From NCBI RefSeq assembly GCF_009914755.1, contig NC_060928.1: a stretch of DNA of 64,000 bases. One strand, given 5' to 3'. Source of the stretch: the human T2T-CHM13v2.0 reference genome, Homo sapiens. The notes below the pieces were generated by a model. The model saw nothing but the letters and a program-made list of their open reading frames with translations, ran no database searches and was not told the DNA's origin. Position 1 is the first letter of the stretch. Each line of letters starts with the position of its first letter. Made by a program: the position numbers and the translations under genes. This document shows, piece after piece, positions 12,778 to 26,943 of this stretch.

Positions 12778-15700
12778 GATTATGGCCATTCTTGCAGGGG
12801 TAAGGTGGTATTGCATTGTGGTTTTGAGTTGCATTTCCCTCATCATTAGTGATGTTGAGCAGTTTTTCATAAGTTTGTTGGCCATTTGTATATCTTCTTT
12901 TGCAAATTGTCCATTCATGACCTTAGCCCACTTTTTGATGGGATTATTTGTTTTTTTCTTGTTGATTTGTTTGAGTTCGTTGTAGATTCTGGATATTGGT
13001 CCTTTGTCAGATGTATAGATTATGAAGATTTTCTCCCACTCTGTGGGTTGTGTGTTGACTTTGCTGACTGTTCCTTTTACTGTACAAAAGCTCTTTAGTT
13101 TAATTAAGTTCCAGCTATTTATCTTTGTTTTTATTGCATTTGCTTTTGAGTTTTTGGTCATGAAATCCTTGCCTAAGCCAATGTCTAGAAGGGTTTTTCC
13201 AATGTTATAATCTAGAATTTTTATAGTTTCAGGTCTCAGATTTAAGTCCTTAATCCATCTTGAGTTGATTTTTTTATAAGGTGAGTGATGAGGATCCAGT
13301 TTCATTCTGCTACCTGTGGTTAGTCAATTATCCCAGTACCATTTGCTGAAAAGGGTGTCCTTTCCCCACTTTAAGTTTTTGTTTGCTTTGTCAAAGATCA
13401 GTTGGCTGTAAGTATTTGGGTACATGTCTGGGTTCTCTATTCTGTTCCATTGGTCTATGTGAGTATTTTTATACCAGTACCATGCTGTTTTGGTGTCTAT
13501 GACCTTATAGTTTGAAATCCGGTAATGTGATGCCTCCAGATTTGTTCTTTTTGCTTAGTCTTGCTTTGGCTATGTGAGCTCTTTTTTTGTTCCACATGAA
13601 TTTTAGAATTGTTTTTTCTAAGTCTGTGAAAAATGACGGTGGTATTTTGATGGGAATTGCATTGAATTTGTAGATTGCTTTTGGCAGTATGGTCATTTTC
13701 ACAATATTAATTCTACACATCTGTGAGCATGGGATGTGTTTTTATTCGTTTGTGTTGTCTATAATTTCCTTCAGCAGTGTTTTGCAGTTTCCCTGGTAGA
13801 GGTTTTTTTTACCTCCTTGGTTAGATATATTCCTAAGTATTTTATTTTTTGGCAGCTATTGTAAAAGTGGTTGAGTTCTTGATTTGATTCTCAGCTTGGT
13901 CACTGTTGGTGTATAGAAGAGCAACTGATTTGTGTACATTAATTTTGTATCCAGAAACTTTGCTGAATTCATTTACCAGTTTTAGGAGCTTTCTGGATGA
14001 ATCTTTAGGGTTTTCTAGGTATAAAATCATATCATCATCAAAGAGTGACAGTTTGACTTCTTCTTTACTGATTTTGAGATCCTTTATTTTTTTCTCCTGT
14101 CTGATTGTTCTGGCTAGGACTTCCAGTACTGTGTTGAAGAGGAGTGTGAGAGTGGGCATCCTTGTCTTGTTTCAGTTTCTTAGAGGGAATGCTTTAAACT
14201 TTTACCTATTTGGTATTATGTTGGCTGTGTGTTTGTCATAGATGGCTTTTATTATATTGAAGTATGTCCCTTGTATGCTGGTTTTGCTGAGAGTTTTAAT
14301 CATAAAGCGATGCTGGATTTTGTTGCATGCTTTTTCTGGATCTATTGAGATAATCATACGATTTTTGTTTTTAATTGTTTATGTGGTATTTATCACATTT
14401 ATTGACTTTCATATATGAAACCATCCCTGCATCCTTGGTATGAAACCCACTTGATCATAGTGGATTATCTTTTTGATATGTTGCTGGATTTGGTTAGCTA
14501 GTATTTTATTAAAGATTTTAGCATCTATATTCATTAGGGATATTGGTCTGTAGTTTTCTTTTTTGTGTGTGTCCTTTCCTGGTTTTGGTTTTAGAGTGAT
14601 ACTGGCTTCATAGAATGAGTTAGGGAGGGTTCCCTCTTTCTTTTGTGGAATAGTGTCGGTAGGATTGGTACTAATTCTTCTTTGAATGTCTGGTGGAATT
14701 CTGCGGTGAGTCCATCTGGTCCTGGACTTCTTTTGTTGGTAATTTTTAAATTACCATTTCAATCTTGCTGCTTGTTATTGGTCTGTTCAGGGTATTTAAT
14801 TCTTACTGATTAAAGTTAGGAGGGTTGTATGTTTCCAGGAATTTATCTATCTCTCTTAGGGTTTCTAGTTTATGCACGTAAAGGTGTTCATAGTAGCCTT
14901 GAATGATCTTTTATATTTCTGTGGTGTCAATTGTAATATCTCCTGTTTCATTTCTTATTGATTGGATTTTTCTCTCTTTTTTATTGGTTAATCTTGCTAA
15001 TGGTCTATCAACTTTATTTATCTTTTCAAAGAATCAGCTTTTTATTTCATTTATCTTTTGTATTTCTGTTGTTGTTGTTGTTTCAATTTCATTTAGTTCT
15101 GCTCTGATCTTGGTTATTTCCTTTCTTCTGCTGGGTTTGGGTTTTTTTTTTTTTTTTTCTCCAGTTCCTTGACATGTGACCTTACATTGTCTGTGCTCTT
15201 TCAGATTTTTTGATGTAGACATTTAGGACTGTGAACTTTCCTCTTAGCACTGCCTTTGCTCTGTCCCAGAAGTTTTGATAGGTTGTGTCACTATTGTCAT
15301 TTAGTTTGAAGAATTTTTTTAGTTTCCATCTTGATTTCATCTTGACCCAGTGATCATTCAGGAGCACATTATTTAATTTCCATGTATTTGCATGGTTTTG
15401 AAGGTTCCTTTTGGGGTTGATTTCCACTTTTGTTCCACTGTGGCCTGAGAGAGTGCTTGACATAACTTCAAGTTTCTTAAATTTATTGAGGCTCATTTTC
15501 TGGCCTATGATATGGTCTATCTTGGAGAAAGTTCCATGTGCTATTGAACAGAATGTATATTCTAAGATTGTTGGATGGAATGTTCTGTATATATCCGTTA
15601 AATCCATTTATTGCAGGGTGTAGTTTAAATCCATTGTTTCTTTGCTGACTTTCTGTCTTGATGACCTGTCTAGTGCTGTCAGTGGGGTATTGAAGTCCCC

Positions 15701-16904
15701 CACTATTATTGTGTTGCTGCCTATCTCATTTCTTAGGTATATCAGTAAAAGTTTTATAAATTTGGAAGCTCCAGTATTAGGCACATATATGTTTAGGATT
15801 GTGGCAGTAGGGGGAGGAACAGATGGTGGGTGAGGCCCTAGAACTTCCAAGAGTATATGCCCTTTGTGTTCAGTTACCAGAATACGTAGGAAGGACCATT
15901 AGGTGGGGGCAAGGCTAGGCATGTCTGAACTCAGACTCTCCTTTGGCGGGTCTTGCTGCAGCTGCCGTGGAGAATGGGGGTGAGGCTCCCAGGTCAATGG
16001 AGTTATGTTACTAGGAGGATTATGACTGTCTCTACTGTGTCATGCAAGTTGTCAGAAAAAATGGGGGAAAGCCAGCAGTCACAGGCCTCACCCAGTTCCC
16101 ATGCAATCTGAAGGCCCAGTCTAACTTCCACTCTGCCCATCCCCAACAGCACCAAGTCTATTTGCAGGCATTGGGTGAGCAGGGCTGAGTACTTGCTGCC
16201 TCCCAGCTGTGAAAGCAAATATGGCTTTCTTTCTTCTCCTGCCGATGGAGTTTGCACACCAGATTCATGCCTTCCCCTGAGTTCTGGCCAGTTCAAATTG
16301 TTACAGAACTTAGCTGGAGGTTTCCTTCTTCCTGTGGCTTTTTCCAGAACGTCTGGCTGCCCTCCGGGAAAACCCCTGTGAGGCCAGGCAGAAACAGGTT
16401 ACTAGGGGACCGAGCGAGCTCCCAGGGCTTTTCCCACTGCTTCCTCTACCCCTGAATTTCACTCAGCTCTCTAAATTGACTCAGCTCCAGGTAAGGTCAG
16501 AATCTTCTCCTGTAATCTGGACCTTCAGTCTCCCCAGTGGGGGTGTGTGTTCAGCTGCGGATGATCTCTCTTTCCCACTTCCACAGTTTGGGCACTCACA
16601 GTATTCAGGGTGTCTCCTGGGTCCTGCAGGAGCAACCCACTCCCTTCATGGGGTCTGTAAATCCTCTCAGGTTTCCCAATTTATTCCTGCAGTTGTTCTA
16701 GAGCAAAAATTCATGATGTGAACCTCCACATGCTGTTCTGTTCACCCAAGTCAGAGCTGCAATCTAGTCCTGCCTCCTGTCCGCCATGATCCCCTCAGTC
16801 CCCTCCAGCTCCACATTTTTTAATTTCTCACTTTAGGAGCCAGGCTTAAGGAGCATCTCCTGTTTGGAAGAGTGCTAGTTTATGGTGGACTACAGTTGGC
16901 TTTA

Positions 16905-17720
16905 AAAAATAAACTTAATTTAGGCATAAAATACATGTAATAAAATCCATCAATTTAAAGTGTTAAATGAAATTTGATAAATTCCTACATCAATGAAATA
17001 ACTGCCACGATCTCTAAGACACAGAACATTTCCATCAAACCATCTTGAAACTTTGAAGTCTATCCCTCCCTCCATTCCCTGTCTCAGGCAATGAACTGAG
17101 TCGCTTTTTATTACTATAAATAAATTTGCATTTTCTAGCATTTTGTATGAATGGAATCACACAGAATGCACTCTTTGTGTTTGGCTTCCTACAGTTAGCA
17201 CAATGATTTTAAAGTTTCTTCACTCGTGTTATTGCATGTATCAGTAATTCATTTCCCTTTATGCTTAGTAGTATTCCATTATACTGATGTGCCATATTTT
17301 GTTTACCCATTCACCTTTGGGTAAATTCTTGTTTTTTATGTTTTGCATAAAGCTGTTATGAATGTTTATGTACGAGTTTTTGCAAGGACAAATGCTTTCT
17401 TTTGTCTTGAGTAAATTCCTATCAGTAGAATAGATGGGTCATGTGACAGATACTTGTTTAATTTGGAAGAGACTGACAAAAAGCTATCCAAAGCAGCAAT
17501 ATCATTTTACATTCTCACTACCAGGGAATGAGAGTTCAAGTTTTTTCCACATTTTTTCCAATTCTTCATACTTTCAGTCTTTTAAGATGCAACTGTTCTA
17601 ATGTATGTCCAGTGACTGTCATTGTGGTTTTAATTTGCACCTTTCTAAGGACTAATGATTTTGAGCATGTTATATGCTTACTGGCCATTTATATATTTTT
17701 TATGTGAAGTATTTGTTCAA
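16905..17720 (-). mobile_element. L1ME/MD-like 3' end fragment
   Basis: aaaatccatcaatttaaagtg...acagaacatttccatc...atggaatcacacagaatgcactctttgtgtttggcttc...attgtggttttaatttgcac. Confidence 0.8.
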
Positions 17721-17924
17721 GCTTATTACTTATCTTCCCATTTCTGTACTTAGTATTGTTTACTATGGTCAGAATTCATACATGGTTTAATTCTTTTGAA
17801 TATATTAAGACTTGTTTTATGGCCTAGCTAGCTTGTCAAACACACCAAATATACTTGAAGAAAATCTGTATTCCGCAGTTTTTGACTATTGCATTATAAA
17901 ATTATATATAATTTTATAAAAGAA

Positions 17925-18352
17925 TGGTGCATGTCTACTTAAATTTGGAATTTTTCAATAAATACTGTGGGGCTTTCATATTGGGAGGTTCTACATTTGC
18001 AAATGTGGATCAAATGTGGATCACAAATCCCGTATTGGCAGCATGTGCCTATGGTCTCAAGCTACCAGCTGAGGTGGAAGGATTCCTGAAACCCAGGAGT
18101 TTGAGGCTGCAGTGAGCTATGATTTATCTCACTAATGCACTCCAACCTAGGAGACAGAATGAGATCTCATCTCTTAAAATAAAATAAAATAAAATAAAAT
18201 ATAGTATTTGCAGAATGCAAAACCCATGTACATGGAGGGCCAACTATTCCTCTAAGTGGGTTCCATGAGGCAGACTGCAGGACTTGAGTTTGTGTCAATT
18301 TTGGTATGGGGTGAGTACTGGAAGCAGTCCCCTGTGGATAACTAGGGATGAG
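17925..18352. mobile_element. MER8/Tigger2-family TcMar DNA transposon fossil
   Basis: agtatttgcagaatgcaaaacccatgtacatggagggccaact...gactgcaggacttgagt...ttttggtatgggg...cccctgtggataactagggatga matches CpG-decayed MER8 as I recall it. Confidence 0.7.
18036..18200 (+). mobile_element. Alu monomer (FRAM/AluJ right arm), 5'-truncated, nested in the Tigger
   Basis: acccaggagtttgaggctgcagtgagctatgat...gcactccaacctaggagacagaatgagatc plus (taaaa)n tail. Degenerate TSD aaatcccgtatt / aaatatagtatt. Confidence 0.85.
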
Positions 18353-19141
18353 GTTGTTTAGAACCTCTCTTTCTTTATTGATTTCTGTTTAGATGATGTT
18401 GGAATTGCTAACAAAGTGGTATTAAAATCTCTTACTATAATTATAAATTTGCATATTTATCTCTTTAATTTGTCAAATTATGCTTCAAGTATGTTGAAAC
18501 TTTGTTTTTAGGTACACACACATTTATGATTATAATGACTTTCTACCTAATTGATACTTTCATCGTTATGAAATGCCCCTCTTTATCTCTCATAATATAC
18601 CTTGTCTTGAAGTCTATCTATGTCTATTATTCATAGAGCCATGCCTGACTGTTTATGCTTACTGTTGCACAATATATCTTTTCCTATTTTTTACTTTCAA
18701 TTTATCTGTGAATTTATTTTTGAAGAGTTTCTATTTTAAAAAGCTTATAATTGAGTCTTGGTTTTTTCTCCTTTCTGACAACCATTGCATCTAATTGAAG
18801 TAATTATATCTGTAACATTTAGTGCAGCTATTGATATGGTTAAGTCTACTATTTTAATTCTTATCTATTTGTTCTCTGCTTTTTGTTCTTCTGTTACTCT
18901 TTTCCTAACCTTTATTATTTAAATATATTTTAGAATGTTATTACATTTTCTATTAGATGTTTAGACATATCTGTTTTCAATTTTTAGTAATGGCTTTAAG
19001 AATTACAATATATAACTTTCACTTTTCATAGTATACTTTGGAGCTAATATTTTAACATTTATTATATAATATAGAAAGCATATGACTATAGTGGTCTATT
19101 TATGCCTCTACCTACATTGTTCTTTTATGTTATCAACTGGT

Positions 19142-19424
19142 ATTATATCTCCATATAGTTATGTGATAAGAAGGATATCGATTCTAGGAACCAAAAGGAA
19201 TGGACCTTCTCAGCCAATTTTACATTTTTTGGTTGCTTAAAGTATCAACTTAAGTTTAAAACATTCCCTACCTCATGGGTGTGGTTGGAGGAAGTGAAAG
19301 CCTCTTATAATAAAACAAACAAACAAAAAGTACTTACTATTCTACTCTCCTTTTCAGCTAGGCACAGGCATGTAATCTAGCCTTAGCAAATTAGATGCAG
19401 TGATTCTGAATTTTGAAGCAAGTG
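19142..19424 (+). mobile_element. ERVL LTR fragment (LTR33-like)
   Basis: cagctaggcacaggcatgtaatctagccttagcaaattagatgc...tgaattttgaa resembles the LTR33 CCAAT-box region. Confidence 0.45.
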
Positions 19425-19514
19425 CTACTGTACAAAAAGAAAAGAAATACTAAAACAAAAGTAAATATAAAACCAACCAAACAAACAAACAAAAAGGAGT
19501 GACTTCAGAGGCTC

Positions 19515-19548
19515 CTTGTACCATATATATATATATGCCATACTTGTA

Positions 19549-19603
<55 letters not shown>

Positions 19604-19610
19604 GTACAAG
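19515..19610. repeat. (TA)n microsatellite inside a palindrome, with a duplicated left arm
   Basis: cttgtacca(ta)n at 19515, then cttgtacc(at)25 gt ggtacaag at 19543-19610. Confidence 0.95.
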
Positions 19611-19614
19611 ATTT

Positions 19615-21370
<1,756 letters not shown>

Positions 21371-24300
21371 CCCATTGCTCAACTCCAAAAAAATGGCTTT
21401 TGGACTAAAATATTCAAGAAAGACAAAAAAGAAAAAGAGGTAAGGAAAAATAAGACACTTAAACTTAATATGCATTTAATAAGGTACTCTTTTGCTAAAC
21501 CAATTGAGCTAATTTTTATTGTTTGCAAATAAGAAACCTTACTAAAACACACTATAAGAAATAAACTTTTATTCATGGGAGACCTTTGTAGAAAATGTAT
21601 ACAACTGCTGAAGAAATAAGCAAATATCTGAGTGATGTAAGCAAGATAGTGGAGTAGGAAGTCCTAGCTCTTGTTTTTCTACAGAAACATTGATAGAACA
21701 ATGATTTTGCCTTGAGGAGAAGCATCCCAGAGGAGCACAGACTGAAAGCAGTTGCATTTATATTGGTAATAAGATAAATTTCACTTTATTGCATCAGTCC
21801 TTTCCCCAAACCAGCTTAACATTGCGCCACAAAAATTGCTTCAGCCCATGATTTCTCCCATGGGGTGAGGGGAGTGATATTGGTTGGAGTGTGTGCCTAA
21901 ATGTCTGGCCTCCTGGCTTCTGAGGACACCCTTCGTGAGGCATGTTTTTAATCTTGTTTCACAGTGAGTGCTGAGTCATCATCAGGGCCTGGTCTCCTGG
22001 AATACCTACAAAAAGAGATGGGGACAGCATTCCCTTACATCCAGCACTGCTCTGCAAGATTGGGAAGACGAGCAGAACTGAGATTTTTTTCCTCTGAGGG
22101 AGGGAAGGAAGCGAAGGGGGCGTATACCTAGCATTTCAGAGCACTCGCTGTGAAGCCAGTTTTTCTCCACGGAATTTGGTTCCTTGGAATAGCTAGCAAT
22201 AACAAAAAAAAAAGTAAGAAAAAAATTAATTATTCTCTTGCAGCTGGTACCACTATGTGAAATAGGAAAAAAAAAATGCATAGCTGTAAGGCTTTTCCTC
22301 TAAGAGGGAGGGAATAATGTTAAAGGGGCTTGTCTCTAGACTTTTAGTGCACTCATTGAAGTGGGTCTCTATCTTTTCCTATATCAAGCACTGTAGATGA
22401 TGAAAGTCCCTTCCAGTCAAAACAAGTCCATAAAGACTGGCAGACACAGATGCTTCTTCAAATGTGCATACAGGAAAGCATATGTACAAAAAGCATGAAT
22501 AATAAAAAAGACACAATTAAAGAAAGAAGTAAATCTTTAATAGGCAACCCAAAAGAAATAAAGATCTGTGACTAAGCTGACAAAAATTCAAAATAATTAT
22601 TTGAAAGAAGCCCCAAGAGTTACAAAAGAACACAAATATAACAAATACATAAAATTAATGAAATAATATGTGAACAAAATGAAAATATTAACAAAAGAAA
22701 GAAATTACAAAAAAGAAACAAATAGAGATACTGAAGCTGAAGTATACAATAACTGAAGAGAAAAATTTACTGTTCGAAGGCAGACTTGATCAAGCAGAAA
22801 AAAGAATCAGTGAATTTTGAAGACAGGTTATTTGAAATTATCTAGGCGAAGGAGCAAAAACAATTTAAAAAGAATACAAAGTACTTAAAAGACTTATGAA
22901 GCTCCATCAAACAAACTCATATATGCAAATACCAGAAGAAAAAGAAAGGACAGAAGCAGAAAGCTTACTTAAAAATACTGATGACTGAAAAATTTTAAAA
23001 TCTTAAGTGGGAAATGAATATCCAGTTTCATAAAGGCCAAAGAAATCCAAACAGGTCATATTTGGAGAGAAATACACCAAGTAACATTACAATCAAATTG
23101 TCAAAAGTCAAAAACAAAAAATTTTTGAAAGCAGTAAGAGAAAAGTGACTTGTCACATAGCAGGGAACATCTGTAAGACTATCAATGGATTGCTCAGCCG
23201 AAATCTTGCGGAACAGGAGGGATTAGTATGATTCATTCAAAGTGCTGAAAGTGAAAACTAAAAACACAGAATTGCCAACAAAGAAAACTATACCTCCCAA
23301 ACCATCAGTTAGAAATAAAGAAACAAAAAAGACTTCCTAAACAGATGAAAAGTAAGAGAGTTTATCATGACTAGACCTTCCTTATAAGAAATGCTAAAGG
23401 GGCTTTCTCAGACTAAAATGAAAGGATACAGATTTATAGCATAAAAACATATGAAAGGAAATAACACATTGGTAAAGGTATTTTTCTTTCAATTACAGAA
23501 TACTCTAATACTCTAATGGTTATGCATAAATTATTAACTCTACTATACAATTTAAATATCAAAGTATTAAAAAGTATAACTAATAATTTATTAATGGATG
23601 CACAATATACAAGATGTAAATTGTGACATCAATGTCAGAAAGTGTGTGTGTGGTTGGAAAGAAGTAAAAGTACAGTTTTTGTATGTGATTGAAGTTGTTA
23701 TCAACTTAAAATAGACTGTTATATCTGTAAAATGTTTTAAATAAACTTCATGATAAACACAATAACTGTAATAGATAAACAAAATATAAAGAGAGAAGAG
23801 TCAAAGCATACCACTATAAGATATCATCAAATCTCAAAGGAAGAACACAATAAATTAAGAAGGAGACAGAAAAACTAAAAATCAATTATAAAATAAAGAA
23901 TAAAATGGCAAAAACTCCTTACCTGATAATAATTACTTTAAATGCAAATTGATTAAATTCCCTAATCAAAAGACACACAGTGGTTTAATTAATAAACAAC
24001 AAGATTCAACTTTCTGCTGCCTACAAGAGATTCACTTTACAGACACACATAGGCCAAAAAGTTCAGATAGATATCTTGTTTAAATGCGAACCAAAAGAAC
24101 ATAAATGTCTATTCTTGCATCAAACAAAGTAGGCTTTAAGTCAAAAACTGTCAGAAGAAAGAAAGAAGATCATTATGTAATGATAAAATGGTCAATTCAC
24201 CAGGAAGATGTAATAATTATAAGTGTATATGCACCCAACATCAGAGACCCCAAATATATAAAGCAAATATTAACAGATTTGAAAGGAGAAATAGACACTA

Positions 24301-25684
24301 ATACAATAATAATGGGGAATTTTAATATCCCACTTTCAATATTGGATAGATCATCCAAACAGAAAATCAACAAGAAAACATCGGACTTGAACAACTCTAT
24401 AGACCAAATGAACCTAACAAAAATATACAGGACAGATTGCATGTTAGGCTATAAGCCTTACAAATGTAATGAGATTAAAACCATATTAAGCATCTTTTCT
24501 GATCACATTGGTATAAAACCATATATCAATAACAGGAAAAAAATTTAAACATTTACAAAAATGTATGACTCAAATTATACCTTTTCCAACATCCAATGAG
24601 TCAAAGAAGAAATCAAAAGGGAAATAAAAATATCTTGAGAAAAAACAAAAATAGAAACACAACATATCAAAACTTATAGGATTCAGCAAAAGCAATACTA
24701 AAAAAAGTTTTTAGCAAAAAGATGTTTAAATTATAAAACTCAAATAAACAATCTAACATTATCTTGTATACCGTAAGGAACTAGAAAATGAATAAACTAA
24801 ACCCAAAGTTAGTAGAAAGAAGGAAATATCAAAGGAGAAATTTAAGAATAGAGACTACAATTTTTTTTAAAGATTATTGAAATTAAGAGGTGGTTTCTGA
24901 AAAGATATACAAAATAAACAACTTTTAGCTAAACTGAGAAAAAAATAAAACTCAATTAAATAATATTATAAATGAAATATGAGATGTTACAACAGATACT
25001 AAAGAAATATAAAAAATTGTAAGAGGTGCCATGAACAATTATATGCCAAAAGTTGGGTAACTAGATAAAATAGACAAACTCGTAAAAATATAAAACCTAC
25101 CATGACTAAATCATAAAGAAATATAAAATCTGAATAAACAGAAAATGAGTAAAAAGATTGAATCAGTAATCAACACCCTTCCTGCAAAGAAAATCCCAGG
25201 ATCTTATAGCTTCACTGGTAAATCATGCAAAACATTTAAGAAGAATTAATATCAGTGCTTTCCAAACTCTTCAAAAACATTGAAGGGGAGGGAACACATC
25301 CAGAGTCATTTTACAAGGCCAGAATTACCAATTACCAGATTCCAAACCAGAGAAGGACACTGCAAGAAAAGAAAATTGCAAGCCAGTATCTCTCATAACT
25401 ATGTGTGCAAAAGTCTTAAGCAAAATACTATCAAACCAAATCCTACACTACATTGAAAGGAAGGTACACCATCATAAAATAGAATTATCCCTTGATGCAA
25501 GGATGGCTTAACATACACACTTCAATAAGTGTGATATACTACATTAATAGAATAAAGAATAATAATCACATGATCATCTCAATAGATGCAGAAAAAGCAT
25601 TTGACAAAATAGAATATACTTTCATGATAAAGGTTCTCAACATATTAGGTATAGAAGGAATGTACTTCAACACAATAAAGGCCA

Positions 25685-26103
25685 CGTCTTATTTAGTTTT
25701 GTGTTGCTGTAACAGAATACCTGAGGCTGGGTAATGTACAAAGAAAAGAGGTTTATTTGGCTCACAAGTCTTGTGACCAGAAGTTTTGAGATTGGTTACT
25801 TGCATCAGGGCCTCAGGCTGCTTCAACTCATGGCAGAAAGTGAAAGGAGAGCAGATGGATAAAAATGAATCACATAGCAAGAGAGTAAGCAAGACAGAGA
25901 AACCAAGGAAGAATACCATTTTTAATAATCTGGGAACTAACACAAGGTCATGCACTCCTGAGGGAGGCCATTAATCTATTCATAAGAGATCTGTCCCCAT
26001 GATCCAAATACTTCCCACCAGGCCTCTCTTCCCAACTCTGCCTTGTTGGGATAAAATTTTAACATAAGTTTTGGCAGGGAGAAATTACATTCAAACCATA
26101 GCA
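25685..26103 (-). mobile_element. MaLR solo LTR (MSTB-like)
   Basis: gtcttatttagttttgtgttgctgtaacagaatacctgaggctgggtaat...ttaatctattcataagagatctgtccccatgatccaaatacttcccaccaggcc...cattcaaaccatagca. 5-bp TSD ggcca/ggctg. Confidence 0.9.
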
Positions 26104-26162
26104 GGCTGTATATGACAATCCTATAGCTAACATCATACTCAATGTTGAAAAGCTAAATTTTT

Positions 26163-26880
26163 GAGAGAGTTTCTTAATCCTGAGTTCTAATTTGATTGCA
26201 CTGTGGTCTGCGAGACAGTTTGTTATAATTTCTGTTGTTTTACATTTGCTGAGGAGTGCTTTACTTCCAACTATGTGGTCAATTTTGGAATAAGTGCAAT
26301 GTGGTTCTGAGAAGAATGTATATTTTGTTGATTTGGGGTGGAGAGTTCTGTAGATGTCTATTAGGTCCACTTGGTGCAGAGCTGAGTTCAATTCCTGGAT
26401 ATCCTTGTTAACTTTCTGTCTTGTTGATCTGTCTAATGTTGACATTGGGGTGTTAAAGTCTCCCATTATTATTGTGTGGGAGTCTAAGACTCTTTGTAGG
26501 TCTCTAAGGACTTGCTTTATGAATCTGGGTGCTCCTGTATTGGGTGCACATATATTTAGGATAGTTAGGTCTTCTTGTTGAATTGATCCCTTTACCATTA
26601 TGTAATGGCCTTCTTCATCTCTTTTGACCTTTGTTGGTTTAAAGTCTGTTTTATCAGAGACTAGGAATGCAACCCCTGCTTTTTTTTTAGTTTTCTATTT
26701 GCTTGGTAGATCTTCCTCCAACCCTTTATTTTGAGCCTGTATGTGTCTCTGCAGGTGAGGTGGGTCTCCTGAATACAACACACTCTCTATCCAATTTGCC
26801 AGTTTGTGTCTTTTAATTGGAGCATTTAGCCCATTTACATTTAAGGTTAATATTATTATGTGTGAATTTGATCCTGTCAT
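26163..26880 (-). pseudogene. L1 ORF2p endonuclease N-terminus, disrupted, in the inverted segment
   Basis: MTGSNSHIIILTLNVNGLN; ILNICAPNTGAP...MGDFNTP...YSKIDH...ADHSAIKLELRIKKL. Confidence 0.92.
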
Positions 26881-26943
26881 AATGATGTTAGCTGGCTATT
26901 TTGCTCATTAGTTGATGCGGTTTCTTCCTAGCATTGATAGTCT

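Larger units (their letters stand above)
11910..16805 (-). mobile_element. L1PB1/L1PBa-like LINE-1 with 5' UTR and 3' UTR but lacking ORF1 (internal deletion at ~15803)
   Basis: L1PB 3' end (catagattattgggagacaggtggtg...gagattttggtgcac). Minus-strand ORF2p fragments at 12733-13305, 13505-13720, 13842-14159 (LSLFDDDM, degenerate FADD), 15182-15607 and 15608-15800 (EN domain GDFNTPL). GC-richer 5' UTR at 15804-16805 ends gcctcctgtccgccatgatccc. Confidence 0.92.
11815..16890 (-). mobile_element. MLT1J/I-like LTR split by L1PB (pieces ~11815-11900 and ~16806-16890)
   Basis: agttagattctgctgtgataataaaagaccctgaaattt...agcttaaagcagcaaaggcatatttctc before the L1; ctcactttaggagccaggcttaaggagca...tggaagagtgctag after it. 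Confidence 0.55.
17721..19140 (-). mobile_element. Old L1M fragment (ORF2 endonuclease region/inter-ORF), interrupted by a Tigger and an Alu monomer
   Basis: ttaagacttgttttatggcctagc; gtattaaaatctcttactataattata; ttatgaaatgcccctctttatctc are antisense L1 EN-region motifs. Confidence 0.65.

Noticed and set aside
11897-16822. TSD for the L1PB (agttccacta / agctccacat)
   Set aside because: The similarity is weak and can be explained by the host MLT1 sequence, so no TSD is called.
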